Shown: positions 1 through 9,346 of the stretch, one piece after another
How the letters are laid out: every line of letters begins with the position of its first letter
How positions within the stretch are numbered: position 1 is the first letter of the stretch
IMG/VR virus record: IMGVR_UViG_3300032240_002575
Span: 1-64,000 of that record
Direction: 5' to 3' (one strand)
Origin: a virus
Length of the DNA: 64,000 nt
Position numbers and translations under genes: made by a program
Notes under the pieces: generated by a model
The model's input: the letters and a program-made list of their open reading frames with translations, nothing else
Database searches by the model: none
Told to the model about the DNA's origin: nothing

Positions 1-2064
1 ACCAGATGAACCTGAAGTTCCTGAAGAGCCATCCGAACCGCTTGTTCCTGAGCTACCTGAAGTTCCGCTTGAACCAGATGAACCTGAAGTTCCGCTTGAA
101 CCAGATGAACCTGAAGTTCCCGATGAACCATCCGAACCGCTTGTTCCACTTGAACCAGATGAACCAGAAGTTCCGCTTGAACCAGATGAACCACTAGTTC
201 CAGAACTACCATCCGAACCGCTTGTTCCGCTTGAACCAGAAGTACCGCTAGTACCTGACGCCCCATCAACACCAGAAGTGCCAGAAGTACCATCTGAGCC
301 ACTTGTACCAGAAGAACCTGATGTTCCACTACTTCCACTCGTACCTGATGAACCACTTGAACCTGAGGTTCCACTACTTCCACTTGTACCTGATGAACCT
401 GAAGAGCCAGAAGTTCCTGAACTACCGTCCGAACCGCTTGTTCCTGATGAACCGTCTGAACCACTAGTTCCTGAACTACCATCCGAACCGCTTGTTCCTG
501 ATGAACCTGAAGAGCCAGATGTTCCTGAACTACCTGACGTACCACTACTACCATCACTACCACTTGTACCTGATGAACCACTTGAACCAGACGTTCCTGA
601 AGAACCGCTTGTCCCTGATGAACCTGAACTTCCCGATGTACCCGAACTACCACTTGTTCCGCTTGAACCTGAAGTGCCGTCACTTCCGCTAGTTCCTGAT
701 GAACCACTTGAACCTGATGTTCCCGAACTACCACTAGTTCCAGAAGAACCATTAACACCACTTATTCCACTTGTTCCTGAAGTACCTGACGAACCATCAG
801 AACCCGAAGTACCGTCTGTACCACTAGTTCCACTACTACCATCCGAACCACTTGTACCACTGCTACCATCTGACCCACTAGTTCCTGATGAACCTGAAGT
901 ACCATCCGTACCGCTAGTCCCGCTTGAGCCATCTGAACCTGAAGTTCCTGATGAACCGTCAGAACCACTTGTACCAGATGAACCTGAAGTTCCTGATGAA
1001 CCTGAAGTTCCTGATGAACCGTCCGAACCACTTGTTCCGGAGGTACCACTACTACCGCTTGTTCCTGATGAACCAGACGTTCCCGATGTTCCACTACTAC
1101 CGCTTGTTCCTGACGAGCCTGAAGTACCACTACTTCCACTAGTTCCATCTGAACCGCTTGTACCAGATGTACCATCACTTCCTGAAGTTCCACTAGTTCC
1201 ATCTGAACCGCTTGTTCCTGAAGTACCGTCACTACCTGAAGTACCGTCACTACCTGATGTTCCACTTGTTCCTGATGAACCTGAAGTTCCACTGCTACCG
1301 CTAGTTCCATCTGAACCACTTGTACCTGATGAACCAGAAGTACCACTACTACCGCTTGTTCCTGAAGAACCAGATGTTCCACTTGAACCACTTGTTCCTG
1401 AAGTTCCCGATGAACCAGAAGTACCACTGCTACCGCTAGTTCCATCTGAGCCACTTGTTCCTGAAGTTCCATCACTTCCAGATGTTCCACTAGTCCCATC
1501 AGACCCTGAAGTACCGTCTGAACCACTTGTTCCCGATGTTCCGCTCGAACCAGATGTTCCACTACTACCACTTGTTCCTGAACTTCCACTAGTTCCTGAT
1601 GAACCAGATGTTCCATCACTTCCCGATGTGCCACTTGTACCTGAACTACCCGATGTTCCTGATGAACCAGAAGTTCCACTACTTCCACTTGTACCTGAAG
1701 AACCTGAAGAACCTGAAGTACCATCACTTCCAGAAGTTCCACTTGTTCCAGATGCACCATCGACACCAGAAGTACCACTTGTACCATCAGTACCTGAAGT
1801 TCCAGATGTACCATCTGTACCACTTGTGCCTGAAGTGCCGTCAGAACCAGATGTTCCACTAGTTCCTGAACTACCATCAGACCCTGAAGTTCCACTGCTA
1901 CCGCTTGTTCCCGAAGAACCAGATGTTCCACTAGTACCTGATGTACCATCCGTACCACTTGAACCTGATGTTCCTGAAGAACCGCTAGTTCCGTCTGTAC
2001 CACTTGAACCTGATGTTCCTGAAGAACCGCTAGTTCCTGATGTTCCACTTGAACCTCGTGCTCC
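1..2064 (-). repeat. Gly-X-Y repeat block C (>680 aa, GTS/GSS/GSD-dominated); a short block B lies at ~2325-2535
   Basis: Same 9-nt periodicity; antisense ORF 278..2101 has Pro at every third residue. Confidence 0.95.
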
Positions 2065-5000
2065 TACAAGACAAAGTGTAACTCCTGCCTGTGTTTTATA
2101 ACCAGGATTTTGAGAATATGTAATAACCGCGACTAAAGCTCCTGTTGAAGCGGTATAACCGCTAATTAAAATATCTTCTATAATATTATCAGGTGCATAT
2201 ACACTTAATGTTTGTCCTGGCGCCCATGACATATTTGGATACGAAGGTCCATTGTAGGGCTGTCCTACCGATTGAAAATAATAATCACCAGCTAAGAATG
2301 GTGTACAAATTAAAGGTGATGTTCCTGATGTTCCATCACTACCTGAAGTACCACTTGTTCCATCCGAACCACTTGTACCTGAACTTCCATCTGTACCACT
2401 TGTACCAGAAGTTCCGTCCGAACCCGATGTTCCACTAGTTCCTGAACTTCCATCTGTACCACTTGTACCAGAAGTTCCGTCCGAACCACTTGTTCCACTT
2501 GAACCATCTGTACCTGAAGTACCACTTGTCCCCGAACAAATACACTGATTTATTATTGTTGTATTTGTAGGGTCACTTGCTATTACTGAACCTTGAATTG
2601 CACAAAATACTGTAGCTACGTTAGTTATAGTTGTTGATGTCACATTGTAACAACAATCAATATATTCTACTATATTATAAGATTCTGGGATATTATAAGT
2701 AACACTGTATTGTACACATGTTGCACCGTCGGTACCTGATGTTCCACTAGTTCCATCAGAACCGCTTGTCCCGCTACTACCATCTGAACCACTTGTTCCA
2801 CTTGAACCATCTGTACCGCTTGTACCAGAAGTTCCATCCGAACCACTTGTTCCACTTGAACCACTAGTTCCTGAAGAACCATCTGAACCTGAAGTACCAC
2901 TTGTTCCTGAAGTTCCACTTGAACCGTCTGTTCCACTTGTTCCACTTGTTCCAGATGCTCCATCAATACCAGATGTACCCGAAGTACCATCTGTTCCTGA
3001 TGTACCGCTTGTTCCATCAGTACCTGAAGTTCCTGATGAACCGTCTGTACCGCTTGTTCCACTACTACCATCAGACCCACTTGTTCCGTCTGTACCTGAA
3101 GTACCACTTGTACCAGATGAACCATCCGTACCTGAAGTTCCACTTGTACCCGATGAACCATTAACACCACTTATACCACTTGTCCCACTTGTACCTGACG
3201 TACCATCTATACCTGAAGTACCACTTGAACCATCAGTTCCTGAAGTACCGCTTGTACCATCAGTTCCGCTAGTACCACTTGTACCATCGGTACCTGAAGT
3301 ACCGCTAGTTCCATCCGTACCACTTGTACCTGACGTACCATCTGTTCCGCTTGTACCATCCGTACCACTTGTTCCTGATGAACCGTCAGTACCGCTAGTA
3401 CCTGATGAACCATCTGTGCCGCTAGTTCCGTCAGTACCTGATGTACCACTAGTTCCTGATGCACCATCTACACCTGAAGTTCCGCTTGTACCATCAGTAC
3501 CTGAAGTTCCTGAAGAACCGTCTGTTCCGCTTGTACCATCAGTACCTGAAGTTCCTGAAGAACCGTCTGTTCCGCTAGTTCCTGAAGAACCGTCTGTTCC
3601 GCTAGTTCCTGAAGAACCGTCTGTTCCGCTAGTCCCTGAAGAACCATCTGTTCCGCTTGTTCCATCAGTTCCTGAAGTACCACTTGAACCGTCTGTTCCG
3701 CTAGTTCCTGAACTTCCATCAGTACCTGAAGTTCCGCTGGAACCGTCCGTACCACTTGTCCCAGAACTTCCGTCGGTTCCACTTGTACCACTTGTTCCTG
3801 AAGCTCCATCTATACCTGAAGTTCCGTCTGTACCTGAAGTACCACTTGAACCATCAGTTCCACTTGTTCCGCTTGTTCCGTCTGTACCTGAAGTACCACT
3901 TGTACCATCTGTCCCTGAAGTACCACTTGTACCATCTGTACCTGAAGTTCCTGAAGAACCATCTGTTCCGCTTGTACCGCTACTACCATCAGTTCCACTT
4001 GTACCTGAAGTTCCTGAAGAACCATCTGTTCCGCTTGTACCGCTACTACCATCAGTTCCACTTGTACCTGAAGTCCCTGAAGCACCATCTGTTCCGCTTG
4101 TACCGCTACTACCATCAGTTCCACTTGTACCTGAAGTCCCTGAAGCACCATCTAAACCTGAAGTTCCTGAAGAACCATCAGTTCCACTAGTACCACTAGT
4201 TCCGTCCGTCCCTGAAGTACCGCTTGAACCATCAGTTCCACTTGTTCCGTCAGTACCTGAAGTTCCTGAAGAACCATCAGTTCCACTTGTTCCACTTGTA
4301 CCATCCGTACCTGAAGTTCCTGAAGAACCATGCGTACCGCTTGTACCATCTGTTCCGCTAGTACCTGAAGAACCGTCTGTACCGCTTGTCCCATCAGTAC
4401 CACTTGTACCACTTGAACCGTCTATACCACTTACACCAGATGTACCTGAAGTTCCATTACTTCCATCAGTACCTGATGTTCCACTTGTTCCACTACTACC
4501 GTCAGTACCTGAAGTACCACTACTTCCATCCGTACCACTTGTTCCTGAACTTCCGTCTGTTCCACTTGTTCCTGAACTTCCGTCCGTCCCACTTGTTCCT
4601 GAACTTCCGTCTGTTCCGCTAGTTCCTGAAGAACCATCACTACCCGAAGTTCCACTAGTCCCTGAAGCTCCGTCAATTCCTGAAGTACCAGAACTACCGT
4701 CTGTTCCACTTGTGCCTGAAGTACCATCCGTACCGCTAGTACCACTTGAACCATCTGTTCCGCTTGTACCACTTGAACCATCAGTTCCACTAGTACCACT
4801 TGAACCATCAGTTCCACTAGTACCACTTGAACCATCTGTTCCACTTGTACCTGAAGTACCATCCGAACCACTAGTTCCTGATGTTCCACTTGAGCCGTCT
4901 GTTCCGCTAGTACCTGAACTACCGTCAGTACCGCTAGTTCCATCTGTTCCTGATGTACCACTTGAACCATCTGTACCTGAAGTACCGCTTGTTCCTGAAG

Positions 5001-7260
5001 CACCATCTATTCCTGAAGTACCGCTTGACCCGTCAGTACCACTTGTTCCACTACTTCCATCAGTTCCTGAAGTACCATTTGAACCATCAGTTCCCGAAGT
5101 ACCGCTTGTACCATCTGTTCCTGAACTTCCACTTGTACCATCACTACCAGAAGTACCACTTGTTCCTGATGCTCCATCTATACCTGAAGTTCCTGAAGTT
5201 CCGTCTGTACCTGAAGTACCACTTGAACCATCAGTTCCACTTGTTCCGTCAGTACCTGAAGTTCCTGAAGAACCATCAGTTCCACTTGTTCCACTTGTAC
5301 CATCAGTTCCACTTGTTCCATCCGTACCTGAAGTTCCTGAAGAACCATCCGTACCGCTAGTACCACTTGAACCATCAGTACCTGAAGTTCCTGAAGAACC
5401 ATCCGTACCCGAAGTTCCGCTTGAACCATTAGTTCCGCTTGTCCCATCAGTACCCGAAGTACCGCTTGAGCCGTCTATACCACTTACACCAGATGTACCT
5501 GATGTTCCGCTTGTTCCACTACTACCGTCAGTACCTGAAGTACCACTAGTTCCATCGGTTCCACTTGTTCCTGAACTTCCGTCTGTTCCACTTGTTCCTG
5601 AACTTCCGTCTGTTCCACTTGTTCCTGAAGAACCATCACTTCCGGAAGTTCCACTTGTTCCCGAAGCTCCATCGATTCCTGAAGTACCCGAACTACCATC
5701 TGTACCACTTGAACCATCTGTACCTGATGTACCGCTAGTTCCGTCCGTACCTGAAGTACCACTTGAACCATCAGTTCCGCTAGTTCCACTTGTACCATCG
5801 GTACCATCAACACCACTTATACCACTTGTACCCGAAGTTCCATCACTTCCTGAAGTACCACTTGTTCCGTCTGTTCCACTTGTTCCTGAACTTCCATCTG
5901 TTCCACTTGTTCCTGAACTTCCATCTGTTCCACTTGTTCCTGAACTTCCATCTGTTCCACTAGTACCACTTGAACCATCAGTCCCGCTTGTACCACTTGA
6001 ACCGTCAGTTCCACTAGTACCACTTGAACCATCTGTTCCACTAGTTCCATCAGTACCTGATGTTCCACTAGTACCACTACTACCATCTATACCACTAACG
6101 CCTGATGTACCTGAAGTACCATCAGTTCCACTTGTTCCACTTGAACCGTCTGTACCCGAAGTTCCGCTAGAACCGTCTGTTCCACTAGTTCCCGAAGTTC
6201 CGTCTACACCTGAAGTACCATCAGTTCCACTTGTTCCACTTGAACCGTCTGTACCATTAGTTCCTGAAGTACCATCAGTACCGCTAGTTCCTGAAGAACC
6301 GTCTGTACCGCTAGTTCCTGAAGAACCATCAATTCCACTTACCCCCGAAGTACCTGAAGTACCATCAGTTCCTGAAGTACCTGATGAACCAGATGTTCCC
6401 GTTCCACCAGTAAAATTAACTATTACATTCCCACCTCCATTATTGATAACAGAAGCCCCTGAAAATGTCATACCTGTAACGTTTGTTGCCGTTACACCTG
6501 ACGTGGCATCATAAACGGTTAGAGGACTTCCACCTCCACTTGTAAATCCTGTAATATTAACTGAAGAACCATCACTATTTTTTAATGTCAACGTACCTGT
6601 TCCACTATTATATGTTCCTCCAGTTACCGTACCTGTGAATCCAGTGATTGTAACTGTACCACCTGTATTATTATATAAATCTAATGTTGTTATTGCAGAA
6701 TAATATGTTCCACCTGTGATTTGAACGTCACTACCCCAAAATATTTGCCAACGGGAATCTAAACCACCTGTATATCCCTCAATAGTTGAGCCAGTCCAAG
6801 CATTTATAAACGCAGCACCTTCAGGTGTATCATCATAAACTTCATACCCTGTACCCAAATCATTAATTGAACCAACAAGTTCGGCAGCATTCCACAATGC
6901 TGTAAATGCGGTCATTGTATATTGATATACAGTATCTGTTTCTTGAACATAAACTTGCATACCTAATCTTCTACGACCAGAAGAAATTCCATCATTATTT
7001 AATTGTAAAATATTTGGAATGGAATATGGTACGTTGTATTGAAAACTAATTGGAATAGAGTTTCCTGAATATAAAACAGGTCCTCCATTAATTAGTACAT
7101 CGTTTGGTATTGTCCAATCCAAATCCGATAAGTAAAATACTTCCATGTACCCACCAATACTATTAACGGAGAATATAGTACCTGTGTCTGATTCTCTAAG
7201 TACTGAATTAGGTGCACTTACTAATATTGATGATGTCGGATTTTTATAGTGAAAGCTCAT
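1..7260 (-). CDS. Giant collagen-like (Gly-X-Y, Ser/Thr/Asp-rich, proline-free) fibre protein, >2420 aa, 3' end beyond window
   Basis: Not in the ORF track. ATG at 7260 gives MSFHYKNPTSS...GGYMEVFY...GRRRLGMQVYVQETDTVYQ..., then two TGGTY..TLTL.N..G..V.ITGF repeats, then (GTS/GTD/GSS)n. Hand translation of 6361-7260, 2521-2740 and 2041-2340 found no stop. The frame at position 1 is still the Gly frame. Confidence 0.92.
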   Translation of the reverse strand, partial: MSFHYKNPTSSILVSAPNSVLRESDTGTIFSVNSIGGYMEVFYLSDLDWTIPNDVLINGGPVLYSGNSIPISFQYNVPYSIPNILQLNNDGISSGRRRLGMQVYVQETDTVYQYTMTAFTALWNAAELVGSINDLGTGYEVYDDTPEGAAFINAWTGSTIEGYTGGLDSRWQIFWGSDVQITGGTYYSAITTLDLYNNTGGTVTITGFTGTVTGGTYNSGTGTLTLKNSDGSSVNITGFTSGGGSPLTVYDATSGVTATNVTGMTFSGASVINNGGGNVIVNFTGGTGTSGSSGTSGTDGTSGTSGVSGIDGSSGTSGTDGSSGTSGTDGTSGTNGTDGSSGTSGTDGTSGVDGTSGTSGTDGSSGTSGTDGSSGTSGTDGTSGTSGVSGIDGSSGTSGTSGTDGTSGTDGSSGTSGTDGSSGTSGTDGSSGTSGTDGSSGTSGTDGSSGTSGTDGSSGTSGTDGTSGTSGSDGTSGTSGISGVDGTDGTSGTSGTDGSSGTSGTDGTSGTSGTDGSSGTDGSSGTSGIDGASGTSGTSGSDGSSGTSGTDGSSGTSGTDGSSGTSGTDGTSGTSGTDGSSGTSGTSGTSGVSGIDGSSGTSGTDGTSGTNGSSGTSGTDGSSGTSGTDGSSGTSGTDGSSGTSGTDGTSGTDGTSGTSGTDGSSGTSGTDGTSGTDGSSGTSGTDGTSGTSGIDGASGTSGTSGSDGTSGSSGTDGTSGTSGTDGSNGTSGTDGSSGTSGTDGSSGTSGIDGASGTSGTSGTDGSSGTSGTDGTSGTDGSSGTSGTDGSSGTSGTSGSDGTSGTSGTDGSSGTSGTDGSSGTSGTDGSSGTSGTDGSSGTSGTDGTSGTSGTDGSSGTSGIDGASGTSGTSGSDGSSGTSGTDGSSGTSGTDGSSGTSGTDGSSGTSGTDGSSGTSGTDGSSGTSGTSGTDGSNGTSGTSGVSGIDGSSGTSGTDGTSGTDGSSGTSGTDGTSGTHGSSGTSGTDGTSGTSGTDGSSGTSGTDGTSGTDGSSGTSGTDGTSGTSGTDGSSGTSGLDGASGTSGTSGTDGSSGTSGTDGASGTSGTSGTDGSSGTSGTDGSSGTSGTSGTDGSSGTSGTDGSSGTSGTDGTSGTSGTDGTSGTSGTDGTSGTSGTDGSSGTSGTDGTSGIDGASGTSGTSGTDGSSGTSGTDGSSGTSGTDGSSGTSGTDGSSGTSGTDGTSGTDGSSGTSGTDGSSGTSGTDGSSGTSGTDGSSGTSGTDGTSGTDGSSGTSGTDGTSGTSGVDGASGTSGTSGTDGTSGTDGSSGTSGTDGSSGTSGTDGTSGTDGTSGTSGTDGTSGTSGTDGTSGTSGTDGTSGTSGTDGSSGTSGIDGTSGTSGTSGISGVNGSSGTSGTSGTDGSSGTSGTSGTDGTSGSDGSSGTSGTDGSSGTSGTDGTSGTSGTDGTSGTSGIDGASGTSGTSGTDGSSGTSGTSGTSGSDGSSGTSGSSGTSGSDGTSGTSGTDGSSGTSGSDGSSGTSGSDGTSGTSGTDGATCVQYSVTYNIPESYNIVEYIDCCYNVTSTTITNVATVFCAIQGSVIASDPTNTTIINQCICSGTSGTSGTDGSSGTSGSDGTSGTSGTDGSSGTSGTSGSDGTSGTSGTDGSSGTSGSDGTSGTSGSDGTSGTSPLICTPFLAGDYYFQSVGQPYNGPSYPNMSWAPGQTLSVYAPDNIIEDILISGYTASTGALVAVITYSQNPGYKTQAGVTLCLVGARGSSGTSGTSGSSGTSGSSGTDGTSGSSGTSGSSGTDGTSGTSGTSGSSGTSGSSGTSGSDGSSGTSGTSGSDGTSGTSGTDGTSGTSGTDGTSGTSGVDGASGTSGTSGSDGTSGSSGSSGTSGSSGTSGSSGTSGSSGTSGTSGSDGTSGSSGTSGSSGTSGSSGTSGSSGTSGTSGSDGTSGSDGTSGTSGSDGTSGTSGSDGTSGSSGTSGSSGTSGTSGSSGTSGSSGTSGSSGTSGSSGTSGSDGTSGSSGTSGSSGTSGTSGSDGTSGSDGTSGTSGSDGTSGTSGSDGTSGTSGSDGTSGSSGTSGSSGTSGSSGTSGTSGSSGTSGSSGTSGTSGSDGSSGTSGSSGTSGSSGTSGSDGSSGTSGSDGSSGTSGTDGTSGSSGTSGSDGSSGTSGSDGSSGTSGTDGTSGSDGSSGTSGTSGISGVNGSSGTSGSSGTSGSSGSSGTSGSDGTSGSSGTSGSSGTSGSSGSSGTSGSSGTSGSSGSSGTSGSDGSSGTSGSSGTSGSSGSSGTSGSDGSSGTSGSDGSSGTSGSDGSSGTSGSSGSSGTSGSSGTSGSSGSSGTSGSSGTSGSSGTSGSDGTSGTSGVDGASGTSGTSGSSGTSGSDGSSGTSGSSGSSGTSGSSGSSGTSGSDGSSGTSGSSGSSGTSGSSGSSGTSGSSGTSGSDGSSGTSGSSG
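2725..6405 (-). repeat. Gly-X-Y repeat block A (~1,220 aa, GTS/GTD-dominated)
   Basis: Every third minus-strand codon is GGN, seen as Pro at every third residue of the antisense ORF 3416..6514. Contains internal 27-bp and 63-bp tandem units. Confidence 0.95.
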
Positions 7261-7283
7261 GTTGTTTTTATTATTAAATATTT

Positions 7284-8906
7284 TTAGATTAATGTTCCGC
7301 CTTGCCAATATAAGTTATTTCCACTATTTGTTATGTTTACTCCAGCACCAGGTTTAGTTGTATATACTCTATAAGTTCCTGCAGGTATGTTTGTTGAACC
7401 AGAATAGTTAAACAATAATGATGAATAAACTGTATTCATCGTAAAGTTTGTTCCTGGAGGGTTTGCAGTACCTTCTTTAATTGTTTGATATGTTTGTCCA
7501 TTAGTTGCTCCTGTTGAAACTATCCAAGTGTACCAAGCAACTTCTCCAGAAGGTACAGTTGTATTTGGAACTTGAATTGTTTGGAATGTATATGCAACAA
7601 TTGAATTACCATAAGCATCCAAACCACCTGTAGTTGTTGAAATAGGTGCTGTAAATATTGGTGGTTCAGAACTTCCCCAACCATTATAGGCAACATAAGC
7701 ATTCATTTGAGCATCAAACGTCGCTTGAACATTTGATGGTGAGTTGATATTCAACCCTCTAAACGTACTTCCTTGACCCAACATGTACGTATTCAATGCA
7801 TTTCTAATAGTCACATCATTTCTATCTATGAATAGATAAGCAAATAATCCTAAAGGAGTCGATGACGGTGTTGGTGTGTGTGTTGGTGTATTTGTTGGTG
7901 TGTTAGTTGGAGTTTGGGTATTTGTTGGTGTGTTAGTTGGAGTTTGGGTATTTGTTGGTGTGTTAGTTGGAGTTTGAGTTGGTGTGTTTGTAGGTGTTTG
8001 TGTTGTAGTTGATGTTGGTGTGTTAGTTGGAGTTTGGGTATTTGTTGGTGTGTTAGTTGGAGTTTGAGTTGGTGTGTTCGTAGGAGTTTGAGTTGGTGTT
8101 GATGTTACTGTTGATGTTGGAGTAGTTGTATTTGTTGGTGTATTAGTTGGAGTTTGAGTTGGCGTGTTTGTAGGAGTTTGAGTTGGTGTTGATGTTACTG
8201 TTGATGTTGGAGTATTAGTAGGAGTTTGAGTGTTAGTTGGTGTTAGTGTAGGTGTTGGCGTATTTGTAGGAGTCTCCGTTTGACTTGGGGTTACCGTAGT
8301 AGTTGGAGTTTGAGTATTAGTTGGTGTGTTTGTTACACTTGGAGTTGGCGTATTAGTAGGAGTCTCCGTCGGTGTTTGAGTTGGCGTGTTTGTAGGAGTT
8401 TCAGTTGGTGTTGACGTTACTGTTGATGTTGGAGTGTTAGTTGGAGTTTGTGTATTTGTTGGAGTATTAGTCGGAGTTTCTGTAACTGTCGGAGTAACTG
8501 TTGAAGTTGGTGTTATCGTATTAGTTGGGCTTGGAGTTAGACCAGGTGTTTGAGTGTTAGTCGGTGTAATTGTAATTGTTGGAGTTATTGTAGGAGTAGT
8601 TGTTGGTGTCGAAGTAACGGTTGGGGTTGGTGTCGATGTTTGATTTGTTGGCGTAATACTTGGTGTTGGTGTTGGAGTTGGTGAGCCGCATTGAAGCGTA
8701 ACAACAACACCGTTCAACATTTGTGTTCTTGTTTGAGCTGATAAATAAATTACACTATCAACATAAACATTGAAAGGACCCAAAGCGTTTGAGTTTTGTG
8801 CTAACCTAACAATGTATGAAGTACAACCTGTTACTGTAACTTGTTGTTCAATTTGATTATTACATCCCGGTGCATTATTGGTAACTGTTATTGAATAAGT
8901 TGACAT
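7284..8906 (-). CDS. Pro/Thr-rich (TPTN/TPTQ repeat, mucin-like stalk) virion protein with globular N- and C-terminal domains
   Basis: ORF track 7284..8939. Start more likely at ATG 8906 (MSTYSITV), 17 nt downstream of a TATTTAT motif. ~280 aa of TPT repeats. Confidence 0.8.
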   Translation of the reverse strand: MSTYSITVTNNAPGCNNQIEQQVTVTGCTSYIVRLAQNSNALGPFNVYVDSVIYLSAQTRTQMLNGVVVTLQCGSPTPTPTPSITPTNQTSTPTPTVTSTPTTTPTITPTITITPTNTQTPGLTPSPTNTITPTSTVTPTVTETPTNTPTNTQTPTNTPTSTVTSTPTETPTNTPTQTPTETPTNTPTPSVTNTPTNTQTPTTTVTPSQTETPTNTPTPTLTPTNTQTPTNTPTSTVTSTPTQTPTNTPTQTPTNTPTNTTTPTSTVTSTPTQTPTNTPTQTPTNTPTNTQTPTNTPTSTTTQTPTNTPTQTPTNTPTNTQTPTNTPTNTQTPTNTPTNTPTHTPTPSSTPLGLFAYLFIDRNDVTIRNALNTYMLGQGSTFRGLNINSPSNVQATFDAQMNAYVAYNGWGSSEPPIFTAPISTTTGGLDAYGNSIVAYTFQTIQVPNTTVPSGEVAWYTWIVSTGATNGQTYQTIKEGTANPPGTNFTMNTVYSSLLFNYSGSTNIPAGTYRVYTTKPGAGVNITNSGNNLYWQGGTLI

Positions 8907-9006
8907 CCGATGTTTTTTATTTAATAAATACCACGACAATTATATTTCAATAAAAAATAAAACCGAATATTATAAAAAATAAAATGTTGTCTAATTATGA
9001 TGTTAG

Positions 9007-9336
9007 TTAGGGTACAATAGAAAATGTACAACTTGATTTTTGTATTGTTATATCCACAACACAAGAAGCTAATTGAATTGTAATTTCGAACGCACATCCG
9101 AAAGTACAATCCAAAATTTTGAACACTTGACATCCATTATCATCAACCAAGGTAAGCATGATTTCGGGTGCGGTTTCAAATATAGATGGTATGGTTGAAT
9201 TATAAGTTTGGACAGGAGGTACAGGTCCTGGATTTATGGTTCCAAGCAAAAATTGATTGTTCCCATAAACGTCAGATATGTAGGCATTTATTGGATAAGT
9301 TCCACCCGAAATATTTGTTATTCTTACTTGAACCAT
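9007..9336 (-). CDS. Small beta-rich, Cys-containing structural protein (SprB-like GGTYP...VDDNGC signature)
   Basis: 109-aa ORF co-oriented with neighbours; motif resembles one SprB repeat. Confidence 0.6.
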   Translation of the reverse strand: MVQVRITNISGGTYPINAYISDVYGNNQFLLGTINPGPVPPVQTYNSTIPSIFETAPEIMLTLVDDNGCQVFKILDCTFGCAFEITIQLASCVVDITIQKSSCTFSIVP

Positions 9337-9346
9337 TTCTTATATT

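Noticed and set aside
1-6405. CRISPR array or non-coding satellite
   Set aside because: There is no constant repeat with unique spacers. The period is 9 nt with free third-position variation, which indicates protein coding.
278-6514. Long plus-strand 'PEVPLVP' ORFs (607 aa, 1032 aa) and the short NLKF-/VVQ-type ORFs
   Set aside because: They are antisense and off-frame shadows of the Gly-X-Y gene. Pro every third residue is the reverse complement of GGN codons. They break at the non-repetitive knots, where the minus-strand Gly frame stays open.
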